From: a virus
DNA length: 64,000 nucleotides
Reading direction: 5' to 3' (one strand)
Virus record (IMG/VR): IMGVR_UViG_3300025919_000136
Location: 1 to 64,000 of that record
The notes under the pieces were generated by a model that saw only the letters and a list, made by a program, of their open reading frames with translations, had not been told where the DNA came from and ran no database searches. Made by a program: the position numbers and the translations under genes. Numbering within the stretch: position 1 is the stretch's first letter; the number at the start of each line of letters is the position of its first letter. This document shows positions 61,726 to 64,000 of the stretch, in pieces.

Positions 61726-62004
61726 ATGGAATCCGTAACTCGCCGTACTACTATGACGGTTTCGGGAGTGTGGGTGCGTGGAGCACTCTACGTAGGTGCG
61801 GCGATGCTGAACGATATTTATGCGTTCCTAACCAGCGATGCAGTTCCTCGATGGTCGGTTATAGTGTGCAAACTTGCCCTGACTTGTGTCATCACAGTCC
61901 GCACTTTTATCGATCAGTCGCCAACTCAGCAAACTGTTGCAGGACAGGTACGGGCGGGGGAATCCAACGCGGTTGTAGTCTCGGGTATCGAAGGGAATAA
62001 GTGA
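61726..62004 (+). CDS. Putative holin
   Basis: 92 aa, two hydrophobic helices, precedes the lysins. Confidence 0.5.
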   Translation: MESVTRRTTMTVSGVWVRGALYVGAAMLNDIYAFLTSDAVPRWSVIVCKLALTCVITVRTFIDQSPTQQTVAGQVRAGESNAVVVSGIEGNK

Positions 62005-62008
62005 GATT

Positions 62009-62722
62009 ATGAAGGGCAACCAACTCGAAGGTGACGGAACTTGGTCGTGGTTAAAAGTCGAGGTTGATGGCGCTGACCTGGTGCTGCGTAGTGCTACTTC
62101 CACTTGGTTCGGTGGCGCTCACGATCCTGAGGACTCCGGTGCTACGGCTAGCGGCGTCTCCACGAAGTTGCACCCTGACATATTGGGATGCGCACTCCCC
62201 ATGGCCGGATTCGGTCATGCTACGCAAGGTTCCCCGATTCCCCGCTTGCCGTGGCACACCCTCGTGAAGGTCTTCTGCTACGAGACGCACAAGGAAGTGG
62301 AGGTCGAACTCATCGATCTCGGCCCTTCCAAGTACACCCACCATGGGCTGGACTTGACTGTAGCCGCCTTCGCGGAGTTGGGCATTTCGCTGGACCAGGG
62401 AACTTGTCGCTGCGATGCCCGCATTGTGGATGGGGCGCGGCACATTAAAGGCTTCCACGCGGCGCTAAGCGGCGTAGTGGAAGGGGCCGAACTAGCCAAC
62501 GGCGAACCGCAGCCGGACTATAATCCACAGCGAGTCTTGCCGCTGGAGGAGTCCGAGGAAGAGCCCACTAACGAAGCGGACCCGAACCACGGGATTCCCG
62601 CCTCCGTGCTACGCGGAGCGTCTCGACCCAACTTAGTTGAGAGTGGCACTCCAGCCACCGCGAACGACCAAGCGGACACAGACGGAGTGGCGGAACCAGC
62701 TACTTCCACCACCACCGACTAA
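62009..62722 (+). CDS. RlpA/DPBB-like lytic enzyme with acidic tail
   Basis: STWFGG, CALP, VELIDLGP, LDLTVAAF. Confidence 0.6.
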   Translation: MKGNQLEGDGTWSWLKVEVDGADLVLRSATSTWFGGAHDPEDSGATASGVSTKLHPDILGCALPMAGFGHATQGSPIPRLPWHTLVKVFCYETHKEVEVELIDLGPSKYTHHGLDLTVAAFAELGISLDQGTCRCDARIVDGARHIKGFHAALSGVVEGAELANGEPQPDYNPQRVLPLEESEEEPTNEADPNHGIPASVLRGASRPNLVESGTPATANDQADTDGVAEPATSTTTD

Positions 62723-62725
62723 CCC

Positions 62726-63283
62726 ATGCTCGATACCCTCACCCAGAAAATACGCGAGTTCTTCGCACCGCAGCCCGTTGCGGCCAACCATGGCATGTCG
62801 CGCCCTCCGGGAATGCAAGTTCACGAGTGGGAAGCGTACCTGGCAGCTTGCGCGGAAGCAGGCGTATCGCCAGATAGAATCATCCAGGTAGTAGGGGATG
62901 CACCCGCTTCCCAAGGCTTCCACCTACCGGACGGCAGATTCACTAACTCCAACGGCCAACTTGAAGACTATACTGCGGCGCTGGACCTTTCCGTCAAGCA
63001 CCCTAACGGACACTTGACGGTCGAACAGATTAAGCGACTCCTTGACTGTCTAGCGAAGCGTGGGTTCATTGGTTGGTATCGGCCCTGGGGCGATAACGAG
63101 CACATTCACGTCGTCTACTGCGGATTGCCGATGAAGGAAAAGCTGCGCAACCAAGTACATGACTGGTTCAAGCACTTGGACGGTTTAGTGGACCACTCCT
63201 ATGATGGATTCGTGTTGCCGACCGCAGCCGAGATGAACTTCTGTCGGGCATTGTTCTTGGCCCACAACCCGGCGAACGGGTAG
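62726..63283 (+). CDS. M15-like zinc peptidase endolysin
   Basis: SQGFH...ALDLS...EHIHV (H-D-HxH). Confidence 0.6.
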   Translation: MLDTLTQKIREFFAPQPVAANHGMSRPPGMQVHEWEAYLAACAEAGVSPDRIIQVVGDAPASQGFHLPDGRFTNSNGQLEDYTAALDLSVKHPNGHLTVEQIKRLLDCLAKRGFIGWYRPWGDNEHIHVVYCGLPMKEKLRNQVHDWFKHLDGLVDHSYDGFVLPTAAEMNFCRALFLAHNPANG

Positions 63284-63292
63284 AGGTATATT

Positions 63293-63466
63293 ATGGTTGC
63301 TGCTATCGTCGAGATCATCTTCATCGGTCTGATTGTATGGGCGGTGAACGCCTTCCTACCCATCCCAGCCACCTTCAAGAACATCGTTATGTTCCTCGGA
63401 GTGTTGGCCGTCATCATGGTACTGTGGGGCTTATTCGGCGGACACCCAATCGTATCGGTTCGATAG
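63293..63466 (+). CDS. 57-aa two-TM membrane protein (not in ORF track)
   Basis: MVAAIVEIIFIGLIVWAVNAFLPIPATFKNI..., GAGGT site. Confidence 0.6.
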   Translation: MVAAIVEIIFIGLIVWAVNAFLPIPATFKNIVMFLGVLAVIMVLWGLFGGHPIVSVR

Positions 63467-63475
63467 GAATGGTCA

Positions 63476-63503
63476 GCGGAGGACCTGTCCCAGAAGATGG
63501 GCC
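63476..63503 (+). repeat. 28-bp element copy (intergenic)
   Basis: gcggaggacctgtcccagaagatgggcc. Confidence 0.9.
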
Positions 63504-63540
63504 CTAAATCATATAGACTACTGTAGGGGAGGTGATTTGA

Positions 63541-63924
63541 ATGAACTATATGTCAATCGTAATCCAGGGTGTCCTCGCTTGGATTGCCGCTCACAAGGAC
63601 ATGAGCGATCGGTTGCTGCAGATCAAGCCAGTGCTAGTCAAGCTGCACGACATCATCGAGGTGGTCTACCCGGATATCGCTCAACGCTCTGGCGATCAGC
63701 ATCTGCTAGCTGCACGACGCGAGTTGGATAGTGGGTCGATCGGAGTTGATGGCAGCGATAGTACATCGGAAGTCGGAGCTACTGCACCGGATTCTGACGT
63801 TACTGCCGTCTCCGGCAAGGATTCCACCGGAACTGGTGCACAGGACACTCCTGCCAACGCAGGTGCAGCCCCGCAGAATGCGGGCGATGTTCAGCGCGTA
63901 CCGGATGTACCGGGCGCGGAGTAA
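63541..63924 (+). CDS. Hypothetical protein with low-complexity tail
   Basis: GGAGGTG site. Confidence 0.55.
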   Translation: MNYMSIVIQGVLAWIAAHKDMSDRLLQIKPVLVKLHDIIEVVYPDIAQRSGDQHLLAARRELDSGSIGVDGSDSTSEVGATAPDSDVTAVSGKDSTGTGAQDTPANAGAAPQNAGDVQRVPDVPGAE

Positions 63925-64000
63925 TCTAGTACTAGTAACTCTGTACCTGAGGTTACTGGACAACAGTAGTCGTATAGACCGCTCCCAGCTGACTTGATTA

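Noticed and set aside
689-63503. 28-bp element as a CRISPR array or solitary CRISPR repeat
   Set aside because: Copies are dispersed, on both strands, of variable length and often intragenic. There is no repeat-spacer periodicity and no resemblance to repeat families I know.
1-64000. Stop-codon reassignment
   Set aside because: Long conserved genes are intact in the standard code; TAG, TGA and TAA all end genes at tight junctions.

Overview
This window is most of a tailed dsDNA phage genome, probably a siphovirus. No terminase, portal, capsid, integrase or repressor is recognisable in it. 1-11.7 kb (+) is the tail module: tail tube, frameshifting tail chaperone, tape measure, PKD/Asp-box protein and fibre. 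12-45 kb (-) covers replication and nucleotide metabolism: TOPRIM primase fused to an MCM-like helicase, family A polymerase, an SDR / DUF6378-like / divergent ThyX / HD / NDT cluster, SSB, AAA recombinase, PD-(D/E)XK nuclease, UDG, MazG, RuvC, SNF2 and many small genes. 45.1-45.8 kb is an AT-rich non-coding centre bracketed by a 51-bp inverted repeat. 45.8-60.7 kb (-) is an early region of repeated promoter-gene-terminator cassettes ending in a tRNA-like element and a structured RNA. 60.9-64 kb (+) holds a J-domain protein and lysis genes. Four signals stand out. (1) At least 31 copies of a ~28-bp element (CGCGGAG-N6-9-CCAGAAGATGGGCC), inside and between genes, whose orientation flips across the 45.4-kb centre and which forms inverted doublets at 1-18 kb. 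(2) A candidate new base-modification operon built on a ThyX homologue with altered catalytic motifs. (3) An aberrant tRNA followed by a ~280-nt two-domain structured RNA. (4) Thirteen promoters with a non-canonical -35. All calls come from motif recognition by eye; no database search was run.
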